This document shows positions 1-13,236 of a DNA stretch of 64,000 bases, piece by piece; the first letter of the stretch is position 1, and each line of letters begins with the position of its first letter. A model generated the notes under the pieces. It was not told the DNA's origin. It ran no database searches and saw only the letters and a program-made list of their open reading frames with translations. Position numbers and translations under genes: made by a program. Origin of the DNA: Octopus bimaculoides (Eukaryota). The stretch is taken from contig NC_068982.1 of the NCBI RefSeq assembly GCF_001194135.2, forward strand, positions 94,268,866 to 94,332,865, in the 5' to 3' direction.

Positions 1-323
1 GGAAAAACTTTCAAAATACAAAGACCTGGAAATAGAGATAACTCGAATGTGGAGTCTAAAAACAGAAACAATTCCTATCATAATAGGTGCCTTAGGTATA
101 ACAAAAAAATATTCCGACAAATACATAACAAAAACACCAGGACTTACAAATATATATAACATACAGAAAATTGCACTACTGGGTACTGCACACATTCTAC
201 GCAAAACACTTTCAATACAGTAAACATATGAGCACCACAACAAACCACAGCACATACCCAAGGCCCACAGAGCTGCGCTCGGTAGTGAAGTGAAAGCACG
301 TTATAAAAATAAAACTACTGAAC
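1..323 (+). mobile_element. 3' end of R4/Dong-like RLE non-LTR retrotransposon
   Basis: Frame 2..223 reads EKLSKYKDLEIEITRMWSLKTETIPIIIGALG...QKIALLGTAHILRKTLSIQ*, the C-terminus of the restriction-like endonuclease. A short 3' UTR follows, then (AAT)n at 324-337. Confidence 0.85.
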
Positions 324-355
324 AATAATAATAATAAGAAGAAGAAGAAGAAGAC

Positions 356-898
356 GTAGAAACAGTACCAGGCAGTGGCTCTCACGGCTTCTGATCTTAA
401 CTGATTAGAAATTTTATCATGTACATATCGTGACTTGGTATAAAAGATGATCTACTACGAATATTCTGCTCAATACCACAGGTTTGCTTGTCAGTTGTTT
501 GACCTTAAATAGTTGAGGATGTCCTTTGGTGGCTGATGGTATGTGCATCTTTGATCACGGGCAGAAGTAGTGGGGAAGCATCATAGTCATGTGTTGAGGG
601 GAATTCTTCGGGGTTTGAGTAATTCACCTCCATATACATGGGTATTTCGCTCAACATCCTTAAAAAACCCTTATTCAGGGACCTTTTGCGTGGGCTACTC
701 AAGTTGAAGAAAATTCTAATTGGGCCCCATCACCAAGTTCATGCGCTGTTTACCTTCATGAAATCACCATATCGCGCACATATGGTTGCGATGCATGTGC
801 CTGGTGTACCCTTATCGACGGGTAGCCATGATGGGTAAAGTGGGCTTCGTATATCTTATCCCAGTGTCACTCTGAGTGCCTGTTCTACTCTCACATTC
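356..898 (+). repeat. ~530-bp interspersed repeat, copy A (AAT-flanked)
   Basis: Aligns along its length with 43724-44253. It lies between (AAT)n/(GAA)n on the left and (AAT)n at 899-925. No credible ORF. Confidence 0.85.
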
Positions 899-2828
899 AA
901 TAATAATAATAATAATAATAATAATATGTTTGCGTGCATGTGTATGTGTGTGTATGTGTATGTGTGTGTGTGTCAGTGTCTGTGCTTGGGTGAGTTTCCG
1001 TACGTTAGTCAATTGTATGCGTGTAGCAATATATATTTTATTCATCAATTCGGAACTTGTATTCCTATTAATTATGAAATACCTGACATTTTACCGATTC
1101 TTTTCATCGCAGTGTTCTAAAAGAAAAACCAAAACCCAACAACATCATGAACAACGACAACAATAACAAAAACAACAACAAAGAATGATTTTTTATGTAC
1201 CCAGTTTCACATTCATATTTTCTAATTTAATCAACTAAGCCTCTCAAATTCTAGAATAACACGTCTGACGTTGCTCCTATCAGAAATCAACATTCATTTT
1301 CATATATATATATATACATACGATTTCTAGTTGTTTACTTTTCGAAGTTTCTTTATTGATTCTTCTAGTTTTAATCCTGTATTCCGCATTTGCTATACGT
1401 TTCTTATATTTACAGTTACACATATCCTTTTCGGGCTATAACTTATTCCTTACCGGAGGGTGTTAAAAACTCCCTGGCTTTAAGTATATCGCGAAAGGCC
1501 TGGTTAGAGGCCCAACCTTCTACGTTCTTTTACATGTCTTAGAAAAACTGAAGGACTGCTGCAATAAGTGTGTGAATCTGAGAGCTGAATATGTTAAATA
1601 AAATCATAATTTAATATTATAATCTTTCTATAAGTGAACTATTGCAAACATTTTACATCACGACGACGACATTACATTTTTTTACATGAGTGTGTATGCG
1701 CCTGTCAATGTGTGTGTGTTTGTGCGTTCGTTACGTACGTTAGGCAGATGACTAACTATATGTGTGTGAGTGTATGTGAGTGTGTATGTGTTTGTCAGTA
1801 TACATACATTTTTGTGACGACTGACACACGTACACACACATACACACGCACATCTAAAGATAGAGACAGGCATACAGAGGGACAGAGATAGGCTCTTGGT
1901 GTGCGTAAATATATGTCTGTGTGTGTCGTTTGTACATGTATGTGACTGTATCACCCAAAAGTGAAACATACCAATTTTGAAAGAGTTTAGTTTAGTTGCA
2001 GCCTGGATTTTGAACGAACAACAGCGTACACTTTGAAGTACCACTGTTTGGATTTTCATTTTCATCATGGAGAGTTGCTGTTCAAATTGCATTAGCGATT
2101 ATCATTACTTATGTGCTGAAATATTATTCTGGTTATTATAACCATCATGGAGATTCGGCTGATTAAACAACACTCACAACACTCGTAAGTATATCTGTAG
2201 AAATGAATGTTATTCTGGTTATTAGAACAAATTCGAAAACTTAGGCGAAGTAGAATGCTAGAACGGCTCTTTCATGACATTTACAGACATGTTATCCTAG
2301 TACTTATAAGCAGTTTGAAGATAATGCTTTTTTTAAAAATTCTACAGTTCTTTTCGTATTCCTGCTATGCTGCTTTAACAATGTTAGCATTCAACGCCTC
2401 CCAAACTTTTTACTGCGTTAATCAGTATTTATTCTTCAGTTATAATTTTATACAGTTAAAATATATAGTAAGTAATGTCGAATTAATTTATGTCTTGCGT
2501 CATATATCTTTTAGCAAATGTTTTAAATTAATTAATGTTCACAACAGCAACATATTCCTTTGTACACACTTTGTTCAGCGTTCGTTTAAAAACTTTAAAA
2601 TAATAAATTATTTTTGCATCAAAAATTGAATTATACCTTCTGCATTTTCTTGGAGCTTGACTTTCTTCACTATGACAGTCAGCCATGAATTTTATAACAT
2701 TTAGTACATGTTCCAAATTAATGTTGACTTCCTTTTCTTGGCTTACATAGTAATGGTAATTTTTGCTTAATTGGTTTCCGCGCCCGTTGCGTTTATAGTA
2801 AACTATAGTAAGAGACATTTTACACCCA

Positions 2829-4761
2829 TTTAATGAGCCCACATCTAATGGAGTAGCTATCCTCATGAAAATCGTGATATTGTCCCCATGAAAATCGTGA
2901 TATTGTCATTCGCGCTCGAGATAATAACCTTAAACGTGTTTTAGAGACTCATCCCTTTAATGATGCTCTTCAGCATCTTCTTATTTTGCAGAATGGATAA
3001 GATGGATATCATTTCAATATTGCACAGATTGAACCTGCAACAGGAGAGCCAATTACAAACAGAAAGGTATCGTCAAATGACTTCTAATCTTACCAACTGC
3101 TGTTAAGACTAGAACAATCAAATCAATTAAACATGTATCCTGATCTATTTCAGCAATACCTGGTTCATATGTATGCTAAAGTTGAGAATCAGCGTCTCCT
3201 CTACATTCGTAACAGTTAAAAAAAGTTAAGCGCTAAAAATTATGTACATCTCGAAGATGCTCTGAGGACAGATGGTGATATTCAAAACATGGAACAACTT
3301 ATAATCATCACATCATCATTCATAAGTGGTCCTCAATATATGCACCTACGAACACAAGATGCTATGGCATATGTCAAGACACATGGAAAGGCAGATTTTT
3401 TTGTCACATTGTCCTGCAATCGTAAATTGGAGGAAATAAAATCTAACCTTTTAGTGTTGCATCATCTGCTTTGCAGCTACCCTCCTCAATAGGGGAAGAA
3501 CTGCTCGTTCCATATTCAAACTCCCTCTAAACCTTGGAATGAAAGAATCTCTGCAGTTCTCCAACAAACTTGCCTCATTGTTTGGGATTAGTGCACTGTC
3601 ACATCGGGGAGCTCCAGAGGTATTTGATCGTACCCCACAAGACATAAAAAACAATAGTACGCTCATGGGAAGAGTAACAGTTATTCTTGCCGCAGATTTT
3701 CTTCAAACGTGGTCGGGTATCCTCAAAGGATCAAAAGGTGATGAGGTCAACGCATGCTTCAAAAAATTGTACATTTGGAGACATGTGAAAAAAACTTCAC
3801 CTTACAAGCAACATCAGGGTACTTCTACAAGGTGATCATACGAGCTTCTTAAGATTGGTAATGGGATATTAACATTCAACTCAAGACTTCGGTTACATGA
3901 AATGACATGCGGTCAAACGATACTTTCTCTTAGGGATCTTATGGATAAAGTATTTCCTAATTTATCTGTCAATTACACTGATGTAAACTGTCTATGTGAA
4001 AGAACTAGACTAGCTCCAACTAATAAAATGTTTGATAAACTCAATCATGAACATCTTCAAAAGTTAACAGATACACCAGATATGACTTTTGATCAACTGA
4101 CAACAGTCGATGAAGACCAGGTTATTAAATAGCCTGTTGAATTTCTGAACACAATCAAACCCACTGGGATGCCATCGCATATCTTGACACTAAAACTAGG
4201 TGCTCCCATTATGGTGCTTATGAATCTCACCTGTGTAATGGAACTCGCTTAATTGTTACTTCCATGAAGCCCCATCTACTACAGGCAACAATCATAACAG
4301 ATAGTCACAAAGAAGAAAATGTATTTATTCCAAAAATTTCTCTCATACCTACAGATGTTCCATTTGAATTTAAGGCGCTTCAGTTTCCAGTCAAACTAAG
4401 TTTTGGTATTTCAATTAACAAATCTCAAGATCAGTCCCTCGAAGTAGTTGCACTTGATCTCTCTACTACATGCTTCTCCCATGACCAACTCTATGCTGCT
4501 TGCTCGTGAGTTGGAAGCAGCAACAATGTATTCATTTCGACATCAAAAAAAAAAAAAAATACACGATGAATGTTGTTTACCCTGAGGTGTTTCAGCATTG
4601 ACAGATTTTCCGTTCGAAATTCTATTATCATTACAATTTGGACATTTTAAAATAAAATATAGATATTTTGAAATAATTATGAGAATATATTTTTGTTTCT
4701 ATTGAATACTAATCTGAATAAGAACAGCAGGTACTCAGGGAACGCCGGTTCACCCACCTAG
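2829..4761 (+). mobile_element. Helitron, internally deleted Rep/helicase pseudogene with intact 3' terminus
   Basis: Rep-region motifs FNEPTSNGVAIL..ENRDIV, LFQQYLVHMYAKVENQRLLYIR and QDAMAYVKTHGKADFFVTLSCN. Joined at ~3450 to Pif1-like helicase motifs (ILAADFLQT, QFPVKLSFGISINKSQDQSL, CFSHDQLYAACS). Terminal hairpin gggaac-gccg-gttcaccc at 4738-4755, then CTAG at 4758-4761 followed by T. Many stops and frameshifts. Confidence 0.9.
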
Positions 4762-5140
4762 TATATATATATATTACGAAACCGGTATGCTTTTAAATCT
4801 CTTTAACAACTCACAATAATGACTTTTATTACCTTTATTCCTACCTCAGTTCATCTAATTGTATATATCTATCGTTACTTTTCATAAAAAGCCTTAACTT
4901 TTTTTGATTTCCAATGTGTATTTTCACTTATTTTTCTGCTTACTTTCCTCTTACATTTCCACGTGTAGTTTCTATTTTGTTTTTGTAACATATTTCCACT
5001 ATATATATATATATATATNNNNNNNNNNNNNNNNNNNNNNNNNNNNNNNNNNNNNNNNNNNNNNNNNNNNNNNNNNNNNNNNNNNNNNNNNNNNNNNNNN
5101 NNNNNNNNNNNNNNNNNNNNNNNNNNNNNNNNNNNNNNNN

Positions 5141-5210
<70 letters not shown>

Positions 5211-5289
5211 TATAAAGTTTTCTCTCGTAAGCATTCGCATGATATAAAAGATAAAAGTTATAATACTCGAAAATTTCTGCGTACTTAAT

Positions 5290-5800
5290 TCTGCTGACAT
5301 TTTCCCCCTTGTCACTGTACCTGCAGTCCTCTGTGTAGTTGGCCTTTGGCAGACCAACATACAATTGTCTCTGCGCAAATACGTCAGTTGGGAAAAAACA
5401 AACTTCTTTTATTCAATGATTGACATTACGATCTATTGACTGTCTTTGCGAAAGCCATTCGAACACGGAGCTCTAATCGAATAAGTTTGAGTGGCAGATG
5501 GGTTTTAGATGGTTTCAGTTTAATTCGAGGCATAATGACATGTTTTCCATTCTGTAATAAGATAGACTTCAACCATGCGTTCATGTAAATTGATTCTATA
5601 AATTCTTGTTCCATTTCAAAGTTCACTGGTCTCGTTTAAATTTCTTAGTAGCGTTACATAGACTTTCTCAAGTTCACAATATGGGATGGACAGGACATTC
5701 CACCTAATTTACAGCTGCCAAAGAATTCCATAACCTCGACTCGTTATCTGGATATATCGTCTCCATCATCACAAGAATCACTGTTTTTGTGACTGTTTTT
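5290..5800 (-). mobile_element. Helitron helicase C-terminal fragment
   Basis: ORF 5426-5626 has GKHVIMPRIKL...LIRLELRVRMAFAKTVNRS. The neighbouring frame has QLYVGLPKA. Both are Pif1-like helicase C-terminal motifs. Confidence 0.75.
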
Positions 5801-5952
5801 CAGTTTTTCATCAAATATGAAAATACATTTCTCTTTTGGAGAATCAATAACAATAGTATTGATCTGGCGTGTGAAGTTTACAGGAGCCAACAAGGTGTTA
5901 AAAACCTGAAAAATAGCTTCATTTCATTCGATAAAATCCATTTGGAAACGCA

Positions 5953-5992
<40 letters not shown>

Positions 5993-6482
5993 GTAAAATT
6001 TAAAATTAATAATAAAAGGGTAAAATTAAATTAATTAATTAATAATTTTAACAAGTAGCTCGGTACGTTAAAATAACCTTTATAGGGAAAATTATACAAA
6101 TATTCTATTATTATATACATAATTATAATTAGGGACAGCTAATTGCCTCATCATATACCGAATTTAGAAATANNNNNNNNNNNNNNNNNNNNNNNNNNNN
6201 NNNNNNNNNNNNNNNNNNNNNNNNNNNNNNNNNNNNNNNNNNNNNNNNNNNNNNNNNNNNNNNNNNNNNNNNNNNNNNNNNNNNNNNNNNNNNNNNNNNN
6301 NNNNNNNNNNNNNNNNNNNNNNNNNNNNNNNNNNNNNNNNNNNNNNNNNNNNNNNNNNNNNNNNNNNNNNNNNNNNNNNNNNNNNNNNNNNNNNNNNNNN
6401 NNNNNNNNNNNNNNNNNNNNNNNNNNTATGTACATATATATATATATATATATACATATATATATTACAAGTATGCATATCA

Positions 6483-6544
<62 letters not shown>

Positions 6545-7728
6545 GTGTGTGTATAGATAGATAGATAGATATAGATATATATATATATACATGTTTGTGT
6601 GCAAGGTGAATGTATATACTTATACATGTGTGTAAACTTGGATCACCATATGTTTTGACACTACAGATTAGTTGTATTTTCTTCACAATGGGAGATAAAA
6701 AAATTTACTGTCGTGACTACCCCACTTATACAAGTACAACACTGCACAACAAAAACATACTGAAATCTTTTACTTGAGAAATTGAAACATGAACTTCTAT
6801 TTTAACATTATCCCAATAGAAACATAAAACACACAAACATTGCTCTTGCATTTGAGATGAAACACTATAAAATAAGAATTAATGCTGCAAAGAAAGTAAC
6901 TAATCTGTTTTAGGTCATAGTTAAACGGAACATATAACAAAAGAATTGTATCAAATATTGACCGATGTGATAGAAACATTTTTTATAATTGAAGAAGTTC
7001 GAATATCAGCAGAAAGGTAAAAATAAAAACATTTTCATATGATTTTACAAGGAATGATCTAATTTAAAGGAGTGGAATTCGCTTTCATGCTCAACATTTG
7101 ATTAAGCAGGTGCAAGTACAGAGATAAAATCCGAGAAAACTGTGTTCGTTATACATTTTTCCCCAGATGAATTACTATTATAGTAGTTATTTTACTTTGC
7201 TTTATAGAGAAATAAGTCTCATTGGAAGCAAATTCATAGCGGCTGTGTTGTTGCTAGTGGTCTTCGAAAGTAGCTCTACTCTTCTCTAAGTCATAGTTAT
7301 GTGTTATTAAATTAGATTCTATTATTGTATTTCTTAATTTTCTTTCTGATAGGCATTTCTATAACGATATTCAATAAGTTTTAATTGCGCGTTTCGCGTT
7401 TTCGTAAAACTCTTTGAAAGGAAGCAGAATGTTATAAAATGTGAAGTAGGCATTTCCATGGTTCAATGGCTTACTAATAGAAAAAAACATGCTAAGTGAG
7501 TATTATAAAAAAACGATGCTAAGCAAATATATTGCAGATACGATATAGTTTTTAAAATATTACAAGAAAGAAAACGAAGTCCACTTGTTCAATATCATAC
7601 AGGTGTGGTACGATGATGTTAATTATTTTGCAGCTGTGACAAGCAATGTGTATTCATATTGTTTTGCTTGAGGTATAGATGACAACAGGTGAAATGTTGA
7701 GAAAGCAAAATAAGGACATAAAACTTAC

Positions 7729-8724
7729 CTTTTGAATGTAAATTATCTCGAAATGAAACCGTAGCTAAGTTGAGCGAATCAGTAAGGGATGTATTTTTTA
7801 TGGAACAAGTTGCGTCAATGCTTCTACGGGGATATTGTCCACTGGAAGGCTCTTTCTTCTCTACATACTCTGACAAAATGTTTTCGTCGACCTGGCGTAC
7901 TTCAATACATCGGTAGGGATATAATTCACTGAAGGCACGCCTTATCCTACTCCATTTTTGGGACTTTTCTTCGCAATTTAAGGAATTCTTTAAATTATGG
8001 CATTTGTATATGCGGCTACAATTTGCATCATTGTATTCCTCAAGGGGAGATCTATTACATTGATTTAACGGTGAATTGTCCTCATCTTGTGATGACTGAT
8101 TATCGGAGAGGGAGACATTTTCACATCCAGAATGTATATTAAGATGTGTTTTGGAAGGACAGTTTTTCTTTTTTTTCGGAGTTTCAGGTGATATATCAAT
8201 ATGGTATGTCTTATTTCTGTGAAGGCTACTCGTGTGTGACTTCAAATAATCCATGGCTGACTGCTTCCATATTCTAAATGAAGATTTCCCAGACACTTCG
8301 CGTGACTTATTTTCGTGGTCTTTATTAGTTTTCGAATGTTTATATGGAGAAAGTTCATTTGAATCAATACCTTTCGAGTCTGTATCATATACACTCGGAT
8401 TAAAAGTCACAGCTATGTCCCAAGGGTCATCGTTTTCTGTATTATATTTTTCTAATATTATTTGAGGGGAACTTAAAAAGTCATCTGTTGAATTTTTACG
8501 CAGGCTTTTTTTCTCATCAATATTTAAGTTTTTCGCGCGTTTTTTCAAAGACGTAAACTTCCTTTGGTGCGTGGGTGTGGCACCAGTTGAAACTGATTCA
8601 ATACATTCAATCACATTAGGGATATGGTGAAGATTTTCTTCTTTTTCCTCTTGTGTTCTACCATGAGATGAATTGTGATTTGCACACCTCTGATATTTAC
8701 ATTCAAAACCCTTTGACAATGTCC
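7729..8724 (-). CDS. 996-bp internal coding exon of an unidentified host gene (Ser/Lys/Asn-rich, probably disordered)
   Basis: Open frame within ORF 7619-8842. Acceptor ttttatagtctttcAG ends at 8725 and donor AAG|GTAAGT follows 7729. Length is divisible by 3, phase 1-1. No TE motifs. Confidence 0.75.
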
Positions 8725-9004
8725 CTGAAAGACTATAAAAATCAATATAATTAAAATAAGAAATAAATAAACATAGATTACAATTATGCATATAATGAAA
8801 ATGCACACACACACACACAAACACACAAACACACATACACACTCATACAAACACACGCACACACACAATGTATATGTGCATGCATGTACGTAGGTTGCTA
8901 TTCAGTTTATTTAAGATATCTTGCCAATAAAGAGCCGGTTTCTAACCTAGGTCCAAAGCTCCTTCATTAGAATGTATGTATGTATGTATTTTATTATTCA
9001 ATTC

Positions 9005-10010
9005 CCACCATACTCACCCGGTGCCAGCAATCGGAAACTTTGTCTCTGCGAAAGGCTGCATATTCTCCACCAACCTGAAGTATCTATGGACAGGAAATAC
9101 AAGCTATCCTATTGCTGCCATCTTAGATACGCCTTCTTGGTGAACGTCAAAAACACTGACTGCTGACAACTCAGATATGCCACCTTAAAATTGACTGCAC
9201 CTCAACACTGGCTGTTCCACAACAAAAGACAGGGTACCTAACCACCGATGCTTACGCAGACACAGGCTGACCTTAAACAAAATGCATCCCTTGTAATCCC
9301 ACCATGTCCATCCTCATATACGTGTGCTCACACACACATGCTCACGCGCGCATACATCTGTGTGCGCATGATTTTCCTTCCTTCCTTCCTTCCTTCCTTC
9401 ATTCCTTCCTTTCTTCCTTCCTTCCTTCATTCCTTCCTTTCTTCCTTCCTTCCTTCCTTCCTTTACCCCACCTAACACAACCAATCATTCAACACTAATA
9501 ACACCAAACCTCAATACAACGCCAAATACTACCCCGTTTCACTGTTGTAACCACCGTGTCATACATCTGTCATGCTCGCAAACACAAATACTAAAAGCAT
9601 GAACATCTATGTAAACACACAAGTGCACATCAGATGAAAATACATAGCAGATACACACGTATACATATTAGATACCCACATCGACGCACTCATACATTTG
9701 GTATACACACACACACATACATACACACCCTCACACACTTACCTTCAAAGACGAACCAGACAGCAAGGTTCCACCAGATTCCTGTCCAGCCACTCTTTCA
9801 AAGAAATTCTCCTCTTAAATGCATGTGGTACCGCTGGAATGTCAGTCTTTATTCTAACAACATCCTGTAACCCACTTTGACCAACCACAGCCCTGTCTCC
9901 GGTAGTCATCTTAGACTTGCTGTTTCTCTCCATTTGGTTAATTAGGCCCCCACGATCTAGGTTCCTGTAAGAAGCTTTCGAAACTTTAAATCGCATGGAC
10001 CGAATGAAAC
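9005..10010 (+). mobile_element. Penelope-like element 3' fragment (GIY-YIG C-terminus plus putative terminal repeat)
   Basis: YSPGASNRKLCLCERLHILHQPEVSMDRKYKLSYCCH (~9009-9125) resembles the C-x-LCL-x-EK...LNKRxEL..CRH end of PLE endonucleases. Downstream sequence is simple-repeat-rich and ends in a hammerhead-like remnant at ~9960-10001. Confidence 0.55.
9376..9460. repeat. (CCTT)n tetranucleotide microsatellite
   Basis: Visible imperfect ccttccttcctt run. Confidence 0.9.
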
Positions 10011-10059
10011 TGCTTTAAATAATTATACTAATAATGGTTTTAAATGTTGGCAAATGGCC

Positions 10060-10200
10060 AGCGATTTCAGAGTGAGTGAACGTAAAACGATTTCATCGAC
10101 TCCGGTGCTCAAAGTAAAATACAAAACGCAAACTCGACCTTGGCGGAATTTGAACTCAGAAGTTAAAGACAGACGAAATGCCGCTATCCGGATTCTGCGT
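10060..10200 (-). mobile_element. tRNA-derived SINE family S1, degenerate fragment
   Basis: ctcgaccttggcggaatttgaactcagaag...gacagacgaaatgccgct matches the intact copy at 33733-33959. Confidence 0.7.
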
Positions 10201-10479
10201 AGATCTCTGAACAGTTCAGTTCGGGTGGGGCACTACTCAACCGGAGACAGGGTAGGTTCCAAGATAAATGAAGTGCAAATTACCTGTCTTTTTCTGTCTA
10301 ATCTGTTTTACGCGACTGACCGATGCCCACCCTGCGCTTGTAAAGAAAATATTTACAAAATTCCAGCCTATATCAGGAAATGCATATCGGAAACTACACT
10401 AGCTGGTCTATACACTCAACCGTTCTTACTCCTTAGATGACGAAATATTTTTAAGGCTTCACAAGGCAACTGATTTCTT

Positions 10480-10770
10480 CAGGCTTCCTGCTTTTCTTGT
10501 AATGGTCCAACGTGGCATCACAAGATGAACAAAAGTTGCTGTGTACGCATTTTTCGTGTAAAATTTATGTAAGCTGCTCGAAAACACACCGCCAGTGAAG
10601 TGAACGGTGGGTACATGGTCTGCAATATCTGCGGACGTGTATGTTCATCAAGAGTTGGGCTCAGAGGTCACTAGCGGAGCAACAAGTGTAAAGAATAAAT
10701 TTGTCGGAGTGCACAATGCTTTTAATGGTTAGTGATGGTCTTCTTTACAAGTGGACAGCCATCATCATGT
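10480..10770 (+). mobile_element. Possible RTE-clade LINE 3' end
   Basis: Frame reads VCNICGRVCSSRVGLRGH*, an RTE-type C-terminal CxxC..H zinc knuckle. A short UTR ends in gccatcatcat. Confidence 0.5.
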
Positions 10771-11699
10771 ATGTATGCAGGTATGTGTACATATGTGTAC
10801 GCAAGTTTGAGTGAGTGTGTTTATATATATGTATGTATGTTTAACATTCATTAGCATGGTACCGAGAAAACTTTGCAAGTATCACTTAGAACTTTGAAGC
10901 ATCTTTGCATTTGCAGGAAATGCACCGAATTTTGCCATTTTTGTGCCGCATAAGAAGTTAGCCTGCTGGAATAATAATAATTGCGATATAAAACAAATAA
11001 AAATATAGATACAAATATCATGCCTGTTTTCTACCTCCTACAAGCATAAGCATTCCCCGTTTATTTACAATGATACTGTTATTCTTCTATGTCTGTTTCG
11101 TCTGTAGAAAGATATTGGCGAAAAGATATTGGCAAATAATAGCAGAAAGATATTGGCAAAAACAAGGCTTTTCCAAACTGTCTCGAAGTTGTGCTGCCAT
11201 CTTTCTTACTAGATTCTCTTCTTTCAAAATAATAGATCTTGCAACACGCGGTTTTTATCTCACTCCTTATCTCGAAACACTTCCGTAATTCGCTTTGCTC
11301 TTATCTATACTTATTGGAGCCTTCATTTACATTTTCTAACACTAGACTCTTGACATTAAGAGATTAGTTAACTCACAACTACTTCTTTTTATGAAAGTTC
11401 AACGTATAAATTCAGCATTCGTCTCTATTACACTCTATTTCTATCTCATCTTCCCTGTCTTAATCCAGTTTTTTTATACTTTGTCTTTTCCAATCAGTCG
11501 TTCCTACAAGCAGAACTCAGAATAGCTGCTCAACTCGCGTGATTCAGTAGCCATGTTTCTTTCAGATCATATCTTCTACTCATTTAAATGTGGCACTCCT
11601 CCCTTTATTTCACTTCCAATTTTCTGATCTCACGGTCACCACTTTATTTTGCTTATTATCCATTTGTTTTTGCATGAAATCTACTCGTGATATTGGTTT

Positions 11700-11914
11700 C
11701 AAATTTTGGCAGAGACTAGAAGTTCTGGGATTGGGGGTGGGGCGTAAATAGATTACATCAACCCCAGCACTCAACCGATACTTATTTTTCATCCAAAAGG
11801 ATGAAAGGCGACGTTGTCGTCGGCAGAATTTGAACTCATAATTTAAAAACAAACGGAATGCTGCTAAGCATTTTGCCCGGCGCGCTTAACGATTCAGTCA
11901 GTTCGCCGCGTTAA
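11700..11914 (-). mobile_element. SINE S1, degenerate full-length copy
   Basis: ggatgaaaggcgacgttgtcgtcggcagaatttgaactc...taagcattttgcccggcgcgcttaacgattcagtcagttcgccgcgttaa matches the S1 core and head. Confidence 0.75.
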
Positions 11915-11939
11915 ATCTACTTATAATATTATTCTACTT

Positions 11940-12085
11940 CTTAAGGCAGTGAACTGTCAGAACCATGAGCACACCGGGAAAAATGCTTAACGGCCTTTGG
12001 TCCGTCTTTACGTTTTGAGATCCATTTTTCACCAAGGCGTCTTTGCCTTTTATCCTTCCGGAATCGATAGAATACTGCTGGTCTT
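11940..12085 (+). mobile_element. SINE S1, degenerate, back-to-back with the previous copy
   Basis: ttaaggcagtgaactgtcagaacc...tttgccttttatccttccggaatcgatag is the S1 head and core in + orientation. Confidence 0.65.
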
Positions 12086-13236
12086 GCGCCTAAATTTGAA
12101 ACCAATATTATCCTACTTCTTCCATTTTATTGTTTTTATTGTCAATAACTCATAATCTATTTCCAATATATTGTCGTTTCCTTTCTTTCTTTCCTAAATA
12201 TTTTCCAAAGCCTCTCCATTGGACCTTCTTTTCATTTTATCACGTGTTTTGATAAGATTTTCTTTGTTTATTACTGACACAAGTTTCCAAATCAGTGTTA
12301 ATCTTAACTTTGATCTAACGAAATCACACTTATTGATAAATTCTGTTGTTTTTCTAACACTTCTCGCCAACCGTAATAACTTTCATAACACCATAAATGA
12401 TTTGACACGTGCAGTCTCTATGGTCGTTCCTTTCGACTTTTACATGTATTCACACATTTCCTCAAGCGCACCTATTAATCAAGTTATACTCGGTCATTTG
12501 TACTTTAAGTATCACTGTGTGTAACTATGCATGCATTATGGTCTTTCATGTGCCACTGTTTGCATGCTCACTCGAAATATTTGCTTTTAGTTTATTAGTC
12601 AACATTGTAAGATAGTCAAAGAAAGAGAGACAATGTTCGACCATTTCAAGCAGTCCCCAGTAAATGAAATGAAAACAGCTGACACTTAGCCTGAACATCT
12701 ACGGAACAATGTCTATAGGAAAACGCATAGACAGGAAGATAATCGAGGCCCGGCTGAAATGTTTCCAGTAAAGTAATCTTCATTAGACGTTGAAACTAAA
12801 TGATAAAGTAAAAGTGGGCGGGATATTTGGCCTATCGGAGAAGATGTTGATGTCATTACAATATTTACAGCTTCTAATCGCCTGGAATTTGCCATATAAC
12901 TTATTTTTGTCTCAGTTTTCTTCTCTAGTTTTTGGAGAATATAGCAAGCTATTTTGAATGTTAGTGGAAGTTTATAATCTTCTTGAAGGTGATAGTCATA
13001 TCATCGTAATTTTCTTCATAATAGTATTAAATTTCTTTGTTGTGTCGCTGACATCTATAACTGTTTTGTATTTAACAATTTTCGACAACATAATGCTTTT
13101 CACATTCTATCATTCTAAGTACCTTGAGTCCTAACTACCCCTTCATTTCATCTTCAACACACACATTGACACATCTAGGCGTGTATGTGTATGTATGTGC
13201 GCACGCGTACGTGTGTGTGAGTGTGTGTGTGTGTGT

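Noticed and set aside
2528-2866. 112-aa minus-strand ORF
   Set aside because: No motif. It overlaps the antisense of the Helitron Rep start and AT-rich sequence.
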